NCBI GenBank assembly: GCA_036268295.1
Contig: DATAUK010000005.1
Location: 45,624-109,623, forward strand
Length of the DNA stretch: 64,000 nucleotides
Reading direction: 5' to 3'
From: Mycobacteriales bacterium
Lineage (GTDB): Bacteria; Actinomycetota; Actinomycetes; JAFAQI01
The position numbers were made by a program, and so were the translations under genes. The notes beneath the pieces were generated by a model, which was not told the DNA's origin, searched no databases, and saw only the letters and a program-made list of their open reading frames with translations. Below are positions 40,535-56,837 of this stretch, piece after piece; position 1 is the stretch's first letter; each line of letters starts with the position of its first letter.

Positions 40535-41586
40535 AAGGCAAGACGCTCGGCGCCGCCGTAAAGCTCGTGATCTTCGCTGTCGTCACCGTGCTGGCGACAG
40601 CGGTGCTCGGCGTGGTGGTCAGCAACCGGACGTTCGGCCCGACTCATACCTACCGGGCGGTGTTCAGCGACGCCACGGATCTGCTGAGTGGCAACGACGT
40701 CCGTCTTGCCGGCGTACGGGTTGGCACGGTGAAGTCGATCAAAGTGGTGCCGGAGACCGTCAACGGCTCGACCGCCGACGAGGCCGAAGTCTCGTTCAGC
40801 GTCGACAAGGACGTCCCGATCACGACCAGCACCCATTTCGAGATCCACTACCTCAACCTGGTCGGTCAGCGCTACGTCGACGTGGTCGAGACCCCCGGCA
40901 GCGCCGCGACTCAGAACCCGAGCGCCGTCATCGACGCTGCCCGAACCGCGCCGGCGGTCGACCTGACCGCGCTGTTCAACGGCTTCAAGCCGTTGTTCCA
41001 GGCGTTGACCCCCGCCGACGTCAACAGCTTCGCCCTCGAAATCATCAAGACGCTGCAAGGCGAGGGCGGCACAGTTCAGAGCCTGCTTGCGCAGACCGCG
41101 TCGCTGACCAACACGGTGGCCAACCGTGATGCCGTGATCGGGCAGGTCATCGCCAACCTCGACACCGTCCTCGGCACCGTCCAGCAGCGCAACGCCGGAC
41201 TCAACGAGACGATCGTGCAGCTGCAGCGTCTGGTGAGCGGGCTTGCCGGCGACCGCAACACGATCTCCTCCTCGCTGTCCAACATCGACTCGCTGGCATC
41301 CAGCACCAGTCAGCTGATCGCCGGCGTCCGGCCCTACCTACCCTCCGATCTGAGCTCGCTGGCGAAGCTGGCCAACAACCTCAACACCACCAAGGACTCC
41401 GACGGCCAGAACACGTTGTCGGGATTCCTGCAGCGAGAGCCCGCCAAGCTGAACCGGATCATCCGCACCGCGAGCTACGGCGGCCACTTCAACTTCTGGC
41501 TGTGCTCTCTCAACCTTGCCGGCCTTCCCTACCTGTTGGCGCCGATCCCCACTGCCGCCCCGTCCTCGTGTCCGGCGGCGAACTGA
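40531..41586 (+). CDS. mceB: Mce family protein MceB
   Basis: N-terminal TM helix, MCE domain, long helical C-terminus. Overlapping stop/start. Confidence 0.85.
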   Translation: MKGKTLGAAVKLVIFAVVTVLATAVLGVVVSNRTFGPTHTYRAVFSDATDLLSGNDVRLAGVRVGTVKSIKVVPETVNGSTADEAEVSFSVDKDVPITTSTHFEIHYLNLVGQRYVDVVETPGSAATQNPSAVIDAARTAPAVDLTALFNGFKPLFQALTPADVNSFALEIIKTLQGEGGTVQSLLAQTASLTNTVANRDAVIGQVIANLDTVLGTVQQRNAGLNETIVQLQRLVSGLAGDRNTISSSLSNIDSLASSTSQLIAGVRPYLPSDLSSLAKLANNLNTTKDSDGQNTLSGFLQREPAKLNRIIRTASYGGHFNFWLCSLNLAGLPYLLAPIPTAAPSSCPAAN

Positions 41587-42557
41587 TGAAGCCATTCCGC
41601 GAGCGCAATCCGCTGCCGATCGGGATCATCGGCGTGCTGGTGATCCTCGGGTTCCTCGCCGTCGGCCTCGAGGCGGGCAACCTGCCGTTCATCAACAGTG
41701 GCCACACCGTCTACGCCAACTTCGCGGACGCGGCTGGTTTGCAGAACGGCGACAACGTCCGGGTCGCCGGAGTGTTGGTCGGCAAGGTGAAGTCGGTCAA
41801 GCTCGACGGCAACGTGGTCAAGGTCGGCATGAAGGTCAACGGCAGCACCCATGTCGACGCCGGCTCCAAGGCCGCCATCAAGATCGAGACCCTGCTCGGC
41901 CAGGTCTACGTCGCGTTGCAGCCGACCGGCACGACGGCGTTGCCGCACAACACGATCGTGGTCGCAGACACGACCACCCCTACGTCGATCACGACTGCGT
42001 TCACCGGCCTCGGCGAGCGGGCCGGCGAGATCAACGTCAACCAGCTGGCCGAGTCCTTCGACGTACTCGCGAGCACGTTCAAGAACACCCCGGGCGACGT
42101 GCGCAGCTCACTGACCGGCCTCGAACGGCTCTCGGCGACCATCGCCTCGCGCAACGCCCAGCTGACGGCGCTGCTCGGCCACACCAACGTGGTGACGAAC
42201 ACGCTGGCAACCCATGACGCGCAGATCGCCAAGCTGATCAACGACTCGAACCTCATCCTCGACACCGTCAACCAGCAACGCAGGGTGATCCACACGTTGC
42301 TGATCGACACCAGCAAGCTCTCGCATCAGCTGACCAGCCTGGTCGCCGAGAACCGGGCGGTCATCGGCCCGGCGCTGATCAAGCTCAACGGCACGCTCAC
42401 GATTTTGCGTACCAACCAGAAGAACCTCGACGAGACGGTCCACCTGGTCGCGCCCTTCGTCCGCAACTTCACCGACACCCTCGGCAACGGCCGCTGGTTC
42501 GAGACCGTGATCGCCAACATCACCGATGTCGGTCCTGCGGGGCTAAAAACCCCATGA
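41586..42557 (+). CDS. mceC: Mce family protein MceC
   Basis: Start MKPFRERNPLPIG (ATG overlapping the mceB TGA). MCE domain follows. Confidence 0.85.
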   Translation: MKPFRERNPLPIGIIGVLVILGFLAVGLEAGNLPFINSGHTVYANFADAAGLQNGDNVRVAGVLVGKVKSVKLDGNVVKVGMKVNGSTHVDAGSKAAIKIETLLGQVYVALQPTGTTALPHNTIVVADTTTPTSITTAFTGLGERAGEINVNQLAESFDVLASTFKNTPGDVRSSLTGLERLSATIASRNAQLTALLGHTNVVTNTLATHDAQIAKLINDSNLILDTVNQQRRVIHTLLIDTSKLSHQLTSLVAENRAVIGPALIKLNGTLTILRTNQKNLDETVHLVAPFVRNFTDTLGNGRWFETVIANITDVGPAGLKTP

Positions 42558-42573
42558 CGGAGGTGAGCGACTA

Positions 42574-43752
42574 ATGGGCCGGATCGGGACGTCGATCGCC
42601 GGGTTCAGCCGCCGTGGCGGGCTGGGGATCCTGGCAGGAATCGTCGTGCTCGCGTTGATCATCGTCGGTGTCGTCGTCGCGGTGTCCGGCAACTCCAAGA
42701 CCAATCACGTCACGGCGTACTTCACCAGCACGGTTGGCCTCTATCAGGGCAACGATGTGCGGATCCTCGGCGTCAAGGTCGGCAAGATCGACAGCATCAC
42801 CCCGGACGGCAAGCAGGTAAGGGTCGTCATGTCCTACGACGGCAACGACAAGCTGCCGGCCACGGTTGACGCGGTGGTGGTTGAGCCGTCGATCGTCAGC
42901 GACCGCTTCATCCAGCTCACCCCGGGCTACACCGGCGGGGCGATGCTGCCGGACAATGCGGTTCTTCAGACCTCTCGCACCAGGGTCCCGCTCGAGCTGG
43001 ACAAGATCTTCGGCAACCTCAACTCCCTCGACGTCGCGCTCGGCCCGAAGGGTGCCAACCGGGACGGCGCGCTGTCGCGTCTCGTCGAGGTCGGAGCGAA
43101 GAACCTGCGCGGCAACGGTGCACGTTTCAACTCGGCAATCAAGGAGTTCGCCGCGGCGATCTCCACCCTGGCTGGCAGCCGGGGCGATCTGTTCGCGACG
43201 GTGAGCAACCTGTCGAAGTTCACCAAGACGCTCGCCGACAGTGACGGCGGGGTCCGCACGCTCAACGCGAATCTCGCCAAGGTCGGTGGCCAGCTCGCCG
43301 GTGAGCGCCAGGATCTCGGCGCCGCGCTCTCGAACCTCTCGACAGCGCTCAGCGCGGTCAACTCGTTCGTCGCCGCTAACCGCAACAACCTGACCGGCGA
43401 CATTCACGGCCTCGCCAAGGTCACCAACGTGCTGACCAAGGAGAAGACCGCGATCACCGAGTTCACCGACATCGCGCCGCTCGCGCTCTCGGACCTCGGC
43501 CTGACCTACGACCCGGTCGCGCAGACTCTCGACACCGTGTCCGACGCGACCGAGCCGATCACTGCGAATGGGCCGTCCGGTTCGCTGTGTGAGCTGTTGA
43601 ACACCCTTGGCGTGACCGGGATCATCCCCGACATCCAAGGATGCACCGGGCCGCCGCCGATCAAGTCGGGGAAGTCCTCAGCCGCAACGAACGGGCAGAG
43701 CGTCGGCAAGCACCCGACCTCGCTTTCGGATCTGCTCGGAGCCGGCCAATGA
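42574..43752 (+). CDS. mceD: Mce family protein MceD
   Basis: TM helix plus MCE domain. Stop overlaps the mceE start. Confidence 0.85.
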   Translation: MGRIGTSIAGFSRRGGLGILAGIVVLALIIVGVVVAVSGNSKTNHVTAYFTSTVGLYQGNDVRILGVKVGKIDSITPDGKQVRVVMSYDGNDKLPATVDAVVVEPSIVSDRFIQLTPGYTGGAMLPDNAVLQTSRTRVPLELDKIFGNLNSLDVALGPKGANRDGALSRLVEVGAKNLRGNGARFNSAIKEFAAAISTLAGSRGDLFATVSNLSKFTKTLADSDGGVRTLNANLAKVGGQLAGERQDLGAALSNLSTALSAVNSFVAANRNNLTGDIHGLAKVTNVLTKEKTAITEFTDIAPLALSDLGLTYDPVAQTLDTVSDATEPITANGPSGSLCELLNTLGVTGIIPDIQGCTGPPPIKSGKSSAATNGQSVGKHPTSLSDLLGAGQ

Positions 43753-45074
43753 GGGCGCCGGTGCGGGTCCTCGCGGCGCTCGCCGTCGGCGCTCTCGCGC
43801 TTTCAGGCTGCGGCTTCAAGGGCGCCTATTCGTTGCCGCTGCCCGGTGGTGCGGCACACGGCAAGACCTACCACGTCACTGCGATCTTCCCCGACGTCCA
43901 GGATCTGACGGTCCAGGCCGCGGTTCGCGTCAACGACGTCGCGGTCGGCGATGTCACGAGTATCACGCTCGGGGAAAACAAGAGCGCGCCCGGCTACCTC
44001 CAGGCGCAGGTCGGGATGTCGATCAACGAGTCCGTGCATCTGCCTGCCAACGCGGTCGCGACGTTGGAGCAGACGACGCTGCTCGGCGAGAAGTTCGTCG
44101 CACTCGCTCCGCCGTCGAGCGGCGCGACCGGCGTCCTCGCCAATGACGCGGTCATCTCGACGGGATCGAGCTCGGAGCTGCCGAGCGTCGAAGAGGTCTT
44201 CGGATTGCTCTCCCAGGTCCTCAACGGCGGCGACTTGGCTGACCTGCAGACCATCAACGTAGAGATATCCAAGGCACTCACTGGCCGCGAGACCGCCGTA
44301 CGCGGAGCCCTGACCCAGCTCGACAGGTTCGTCACCGGCCTGGCGAGCCAGAAGCAGCAGATCGTGCGCGCGCTGGACAACCTCGACCGGTTCAGCGCGG
44401 CGCTGGTCAAGCAGGACTCCACCATCGCCACTGCGCTGACCGAGCTCGGCCCGGGCCTGCGGGTTCTCGCCGATGAGCGAGCGCAGTTCACCGCGTTGCT
44501 GAGCGACCTGTCCAACTTCGGCAAGGTCGCGACCCACGTCATCAACGCCTCGAAGGCCGACACCATCACCGGCCTGCGTGATCTACAGCCGATACTCGGC
44601 CACCTCGCGGCGGCCGGCTCAGACCTGCCTCGGGCGCTCGAGATCCTCGTGACGTTCCCGTTCCCGCGCGATAGCTCGCAGTCCTCGCCGGGCGACTACA
44701 CCAACTTCAGCGCGGACCTCGACCTGACGCCCGTGCTGTGCGCTGCGTTCGCCAACCTCAGCCTCGCGCAGCGGACGCCGATCATCGCGCAGTCGCTGGG
44801 CCTGCTGACCTCGCTGCTCGGCCCGTCCCTCGTCCATACCCTGGGCCTTGGTAAGGACTGTCCGGCTGCCGATGCATCCGCGATCACGGCGCCGCCGGCA
44901 TCGCCTGGGTCCTCGTCGTCGAGCACGCCACCGGCGAAGGGGTCGGGCGGTGGCGGCAGCCCGACGCCCGGCTCGCCGTCGTCACCGACCCCGACCACGT
45001 CGTCCTCCTCGACCCCGCCGCCGAGTGGGCTCGGCGGACTGTTGCTCGGCCTCGGCGGAGGGCGCAACCCATGA
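43749..45074 (+). CDS. mceE: Mce family lipoprotein MceE with Ser/Pro-rich C-terminal tail
   Basis: Signal peptide with lipobox (LALSGCG), MCE domain, C-terminal SSSSTPPAKGSGGGGSPTPGSPSSPTPTTSSSSTPPP. Confidence 0.85.
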   Translation: MRAPVRVLAALAVGALALSGCGFKGAYSLPLPGGAAHGKTYHVTAIFPDVQDLTVQAAVRVNDVAVGDVTSITLGENKSAPGYLQAQVGMSINESVHLPANAVATLEQTTLLGEKFVALAPPSSGATGVLANDAVISTGSSSELPSVEEVFGLLSQVLNGGDLADLQTINVEISKALTGRETAVRGALTQLDRFVTGLASQKQQIVRALDNLDRFSAALVKQDSTIATALTELGPGLRVLADERAQFTALLSDLSNFGKVATHVINASKADTITGLRDLQPILGHLAAAGSDLPRALEILVTFPFPRDSSQSSPGDYTNFSADLDLTPVLCAAFANLSLAQRTPIIAQSLGLLTSLLGPSLVHTLGLGKDCPAADASAITAPPASPGSSSSSTPPAKGSGGGGSPTPGSPSSPTPTTSSSSTPPPSGLGGLLLGLGGGRNP

Positions 45075-46516
45075 TCCGGACCTTCACCAAGGTGCAGCTG
45101 CTGATCTTCGGGATCATCACGGTCGTCGGCATCGCGTTCGTCGGCGCCAACTATGTCGGGATCAACCCGCTGAACGGTCCTTACACCGTCCATCTGCGGC
45201 TGCCGGCGACCGGTGGCGTGTTCACGAACGCGGATGTGTCCGAGCGCGGGGTGGTGGTCGGCAAGGTCGGTGCGCTGCACATCGTGGCGTCCGGCGTGGT
45301 CGCCGATCTGAAGATCGACCACGGCAAGAAGATCCCGGTCACCGGGTTGCGGGCCTCGGTGGCGAACTTGTCGGCAGTCGGCGAGGAGTACGTCGAGCTC
45401 GAGCCGACCAGCGCATCCGGTCCGTACCTCAAAGCCGGTCAATACCTCCCGTCGCAAGGCACGATTCCGGTCGACGATGCGGCGATCCTGCTCAACCTCA
45501 AAAACCTGCTCGGCAGCGTCAACATCAACGACCTGTCGACGGTCGTGAAGGTGCTCGGCCAGAGCTTCGCCGATCTCGGCCCGACGTTGCAGGGCCTGAT
45601 CGACAACGGCAGCCTGCTGACGCAGTCAGCCATCGACGCGCTTCCGCAGACGCTGAGCCTGATCGACAACGGCAAGACCGTGCTCGACACCCAGAACGAC
45701 GTGGCGGCCGAGCTGAAGTCGTTCGCCGCCAGCTTCTCCCAGCTCACCGGTGAGGTTGCCGGCAAGGATCCGGCGTTGCGCGGCGTCCTGGACAACGGTG
45801 TCCTCGCCTCCCAGCAGCTCGACAAGCTGCTGCAACAGAATGCTCCGGTGCTGCCGGCACTGCTCAACAACCTCAACACCTTCACCGGGATCCAGGACGT
45901 CCGGCTGCCGCAGATCCGTACCGTGCTTGAGCTCTACCCGGCGATCAACGCCGACGCGTTCTACGCGCTGCCCAAGCCCGGTGCCAACGGCATCTCGACC
46001 GCTCGGTTCGGTCTGGTCACCGATCCCGGGCGGGAGTGTTCGACCGGATACAGCACCACCAAGACCCGGCAGAACGCGCCGGTCGGTTGGGGCGGCGCCG
46101 CGAACCTCGACGCCTACTGCCACGGCGACAACGCCGCGATCGACGCGCAAGGTGTCAATTACCGCGGCGCGCGCTACACCCCGCGGCCCGCCGGCGACCA
46201 CGCCGACGTCAACAACTCCACGCCGTACGCCGGTCCGCACTACGGCCAGCCGTTCCCGGGCTCCGGCAAGGTCGGGGCCTGTGGCACCCCGTCGTGCCCG
46301 AGCAGCTCGAAGGCCCGCAAGTCGCGCGCGAAGGCCGCCTCCGGCGCTGGATCCGGGTCGGCATCGAACGTCATCCCGGTGCCCTTCAACCCGAACACCG
46401 GGCTCGTCCAGGGCCTCGACGGCAAGTTGTACGAGCTCGGCCTCAACGGTCCGGTGGCACCCGCTTTCGGATCGTCGTCATACACCTGGCTGCTCGTCGC
46501 ACCTACCATGCGGTGA
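45071..46516 (+). CDS. mceF: Mce family protein MceF
   Basis: TM helix plus MCE domain, long C-terminal region. Last of six consecutive mce genes. Confidence 0.85.
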   Translation: MIRTFTKVQLLIFGIITVVGIAFVGANYVGINPLNGPYTVHLRLPATGGVFTNADVSERGVVVGKVGALHIVASGVVADLKIDHGKKIPVTGLRASVANLSAVGEEYVELEPTSASGPYLKAGQYLPSQGTIPVDDAAILLNLKNLLGSVNINDLSTVVKVLGQSFADLGPTLQGLIDNGSLLTQSAIDALPQTLSLIDNGKTVLDTQNDVAAELKSFAASFSQLTGEVAGKDPALRGVLDNGVLASQQLDKLLQQNAPVLPALLNNLNTFTGIQDVRLPQIRTVLELYPAINADAFYALPKPGANGISTARFGLVTDPGRECSTGYSTTKTRQNAPVGWGGAANLDAYCHGDNAAIDAQGVNYRGARYTPRPAGDHADVNNSTPYAGPHYGQPFPGSGKVGACGTPSCPSSSKARKSRAKAASGAGSGSASNVIPVPFNPNTGLVQGLDGKLYELGLNGPVAPAFGSSSYTWLLVAPTMR

Positions 46517-46576
46517 CCCTTCAGCCCAACCGGCAGCCGAGTTGTCCAGCAGCCACCGTTCAGGAGGATTCACCTG

Positions 46577-47110
46577 ATGTCCGCCCAGAGTGCGGGGTCG
46601 TGGCGTGACCGCGCGCAGCTGATCGTCGCTGCGTCGCTGCTGGTCACGGTCATCCTGGGCGCGCTGACCGTAGTCTTCGCTCTGAAGCTCTCTCACGACT
46701 CACATGACACGGCTGCGCCAACGGCGCTGCAGGCCAGCGCGACCACCGCGCTCACCGAGGGCGGCCAGCTCGCGGTCGACTTCACCTCGTTCGACTACCG
46801 GACCCTGAGCAAGGACCGCAACGAGACCGCCAGCCACCTGACGCCGTCGTTCGCGAAGATCTACCTGACTCAAAGCGGCGTGACTGCCCCCGACATCACC
46901 AAGGTGAAGGCGGTGTCGACCTCCAAGGTGGTGGCGACCGGGCTGCAGGCGTTCTCGCCCGCGAAACACACCGCGACCGTCATCGTGGCGCTCGACGACA
47001 CCGCGAGCAACATCAAGTCGCCGAAGGGCACGCTGCAGTACTACCGGCTACAAGTGCAGCTGGTCGAGCAGAACGGCCGTTGGCTGGCAAGCAACGTGGT
47101 GCTCGAGTGA
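46577..47110 (+). CDS. Mce-associated membrane protein (Mas-like)
   Basis: Single N-terminal TM helix followed by a ~120-aa periplasmic domain, located right after mceF. Typical of Mce-associated membrane proteins. Confidence 0.72.
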   Translation: MSAQSAGSWRDRAQLIVAASLLVTVILGALTVVFALKLSHDSHDTAAPTALQASATTALTEGGQLAVDFTSFDYRTLSKDRNETASHLTPSFAKIYLTQSGVTAPDITKVKAVSTSKVVATGLQAFSPAKHTATVIVALDDTASNIKSPKGTLQYYRLQVQLVEQNGRWLASNVVLE

Positions 47111-47670
47111 GCGGCGCCGAGACCGTGGCGGGTCGGCCCGGCGGCGTGCCAGGGCGGGACCTAAGGGCAGCCGCGGTGGCCGTGGCGATCGCGCTGGTCC
47201 TGGTGGTTGCCGCCCTGCTCGGGATCGTGCTCCACCGGCTGTCGGCGCAGAACGACCGCCAGCATGCGGCAGCGACGGCGGCCTACCTCGGCGGTCCGGC
47301 TGCGCAGGCGGCCGAGGCGTCCGCATCACGCGAGGCCACCGCGACCTTGACCTACAACTACAAGACGCTGGCCGCCAACTTCGCCACGGCCGAGGCCGGC
47401 ATGACGCCGAGCTTCCGCGCCAGCTATTTGAAGTCGACGGAGACGCTGGTGACGCCGACCGCTCCGAAGACCCAAGCTGACAGCACGGCGGCGGTCACCG
47501 CCGGCGGTGTGAGCCAGGCCAGCGCGACCACCGCGACCGTCCTGCTGTTCGTCGATCAGACCGTCACCAACAACCTGCTCGCCCACCCGCGCCTCGACCG
47601 ATCGCGCATCGAGGTGTCGATGGTGAAGGTCAACGGCAAGTGGCTGATCAACAATCTGGTGCCGCTCTAA
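47080..47670 (+). CDS. Mce-associated membrane protein (Mas-like), second copy
   Basis: Same architecture as the previous gene. Exact start uncertain. Confidence 0.68.
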   Translation: MAGKQRGARVSGAETVAGRPGGVPGRDLRAAAVAVAIALVLVVAALLGIVLHRLSAQNDRQHAAATAAYLGGPAAQAAEASASREATATLTYNYKTLAANFATAEAGMTPSFRASYLKSTETLVTPTAPKTQADSTAAVTAGGVSQASATTATVLLFVDQTVTNNLLAHPRLDRSRIEVSMVKVNGKWLINNLVPL

Positions 47671-47725
47671 CACCCTCTTACGCTCATCGCGGGGTTGAAA
47701 AATCCACAGTTTTCGGCGTGCGGAC

Positions 47726-47789
47726 TTGACGTCGGCCATTCTCGGGGCCATTCTGCTGCGCAGCAGTGAATACATATGGTGGCCCCGAG
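47726..47789 (+). promoter_or_regulatory. rpoB leader: candidate promoter (TTGACG -35, ~17-nt spacer, CATTCT -10), direct repeat ggccattct x2, and nested palindromes
   Basis: Read directly. ctcggggcca at 47741-47750 pairs with tggccccgag at 47780-47789. They enclose the perfect 14-bp palindrome ctgctgcgcagcag at 47753-47766. Confidence 0.35.
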
Positions 47790-47941
47790 TAGCGGGGTGT
47801 TCTCGACAGCGAGCCGTCTCGAGGCTATGCTGACTGTTTGCGCTGCCTCCCGACATCTTCCGCGCTGCGTTTGATCAAAACAGTAGCGGGTCGCTTGGCG
47901 TGCGCTCTCACTGATAGAGGGCACTAGAGAAGGACCCACAC

Positions 47942-51361
<3,420 letters not shown>

Positions 51362-51429
51362 GGACTTCTCCGACCGGCACCAACGACAAGAGCCAACCCG
51401 AAGAGCAAGACCGAAAGAAAGAAGACAAG

Positions 51430-55509
<4,080 letters not shown>

Positions 55510-55519
55510 CCCCACCCGT

Positions 55520-55587
55520 AACGTCAAACCGTCCCCTATCAACCGTTTGGACCACGTCAAACGGTTGATACCGGACGGTTTGACGTT
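55520..55587 (+). terminator. nested inverted repeats downstream of rpoC (complex terminator or protein-binding site)
   Basis: Outer 15-bp arms aacgtcaaaccgtcc (55520-55534) and ggacggtttgacgtt (55573-55587). Inner 13-bp arms tatcaaccgtttg (55537-55549) and caaacggttgata (55558-55570) around loop gaccacgt. Confidence 0.5.
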
Positions 55588-55608
55588 GGGGGGGAGCACA
55601 CTGGGGGG

Positions 55609-56214
55609 ATGACGGACGAGCCGGCGGCTGAGAACCCGTACGCGGCGCCGCCGCCGGGTCCGCAACCGCCTCCCTACGTCGCGCCGCCCCCTTACGCCGC
55701 GCCGCCCCCTTACGCCGCGCCGAGCGGGCTGCCGCCGCAGCAACCGCCGTACGCCGCCCCGCCGGGCTGGCAGCCGGCTCCGCCGCCCTGGGGAGTGCAG
55801 CCCGATAGTCAGGCTCCGCCTCCGGCCGGTGCGGCGCCAACGGCCAACCCGCCGCCCTATGGTGCGCCGGCCGGCTGGGCGCCGCAGCACAGCGGCTATC
55901 CGGGCTATGGCTGGGCGCCGGGCTATCCGCCCTACGGCTATCAGCCGCAGCCGACCAGCACCAGCGGTTTCGCGATCGCCTCGCTGGTCTGCTCGATCGT
56001 GCTGTCAGTGCTGTTCGGGCTCGGCGGGATCCTCGGCGTGGTGTTCGGGATCATTGGCCTGCGCGAATGTCGGACCAAGAACGAGCGGGGCCGTGGCCTC
56101 GCCATCGCCGGCATCGTACTCGGCGGGCTGGCGATTGCGTTCTGGATCATTGCGGCCATCGGCCTCGCGGTCGGCAACCACCACAGCAGCACCGGCACCG
56201 GCCTGGGCGCCTAG
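55609..56214 (+). CDS. DUF4190-like proline/tyrosine-rich membrane protein
   Basis: N-terminal PPPY(A/V)AP repeats, C-terminal two TM helices (FAIASLVCSIVLSVLFGLGGILGVVFGIIGL...GLAIAGIVLGGLAIAFWII). Confidence 0.7.
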   Translation: MTDEPAAENPYAAPPPGPQPPPYVAPPPYAAPPPYAAPSGLPPQQPPYAAPPGWQPAPPPWGVQPDSQAPPPAGAAPTANPPPYGAPAGWAPQHSGYPGYGWAPGYPPYGYQPQPTSTSGFAIASLVCSIVLSVLFGLGGILGVVFGIIGLRECRTKNERGRGLAIAGIVLGGLAIAFWIIAAIGLAVGNHHSSTGTGLGA

Positions 56215-56837
56215 GTCTGGCTGGCGCGGCGGAGCTCGGCGTACGCCGCAGTGAGCGCTGGTTGCTGATAGCTCGCATTGAGCCCACTCGGGTTGGGCAG
56301 CACCCAGACCCGGGCTCCGGCGAAGTCAGTGGCCTGGTGCCCAACGCTCGCCTTGGGCTGCGAGAAGGCAATTCGGTATGTCGAGATGCCGAGGAACGCC
56401 ACGAACCGGGGCCGCCAGGCGCGGACCAGCGTCGCCAGCGGCTCGATGCCGGCCCGGATCTCGTCGCTGTCGAGCTCGTCGGCGCGGGCGGTCGACCGCG
56501 CGACCAGATTGGTGATACCGAGCCCGGCGGCGGCGATCGCTTCGGTGTCGGTCGGGCTCAGCAGCCGGTCGGTGAAGCCGGCCTCGTGCAAGGTGCGCCA
56601 CAGCCGGTTGCCCGGCCGGGCGAAGTGCAGCCCGGCCCAGCCCGACCACAGCGAGGGGTTGATCCCGACCAGCAACACAGTGATGCCGGGCCGGCCGGCA
56701 TCGGGAATCGTGAGGCCGTACGACGCCTGTAGATCGGCCTTAGCCGGCCTCGCGGCCGCTGGGAGGGACACTCGCGGACTGTCAGGGACAGTGGGAAAGC
56801 GCGGCCTTGGTGATCGCGTTGTTGGCGGTGCCGGCAC
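56211..56837 (-). CDS. mug: G/U mismatch-specific uracil-DNA glycosylase (Mug / UDG family 2)
   Basis: GINPSL catalytic motif, FxHPxNRLW, and C-terminal VLPNPSGLN motif. True start probably a GTG near 56771 (Val23), so it does not overlap the upstream gene. Confidence 0.75.
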   Translation of the reverse strand: MPAPPTTRSPRPRFPTVPDSPRVSLPAAARPAKADLQASYGLTIPDAGRPGITVLLVGINPSLWSGWAGLHFARPGNRLWRTLHEAGFTDRLLSPTDTEAIAAAGLGITNLVARSTARADELDSDEIRAGIEPLATLVRAWRPRFVAFLGISTYRIAFSQPKASVGHQATDFAGARVWVLPNPSGLNASYQQPALTAAYAELRRASQT

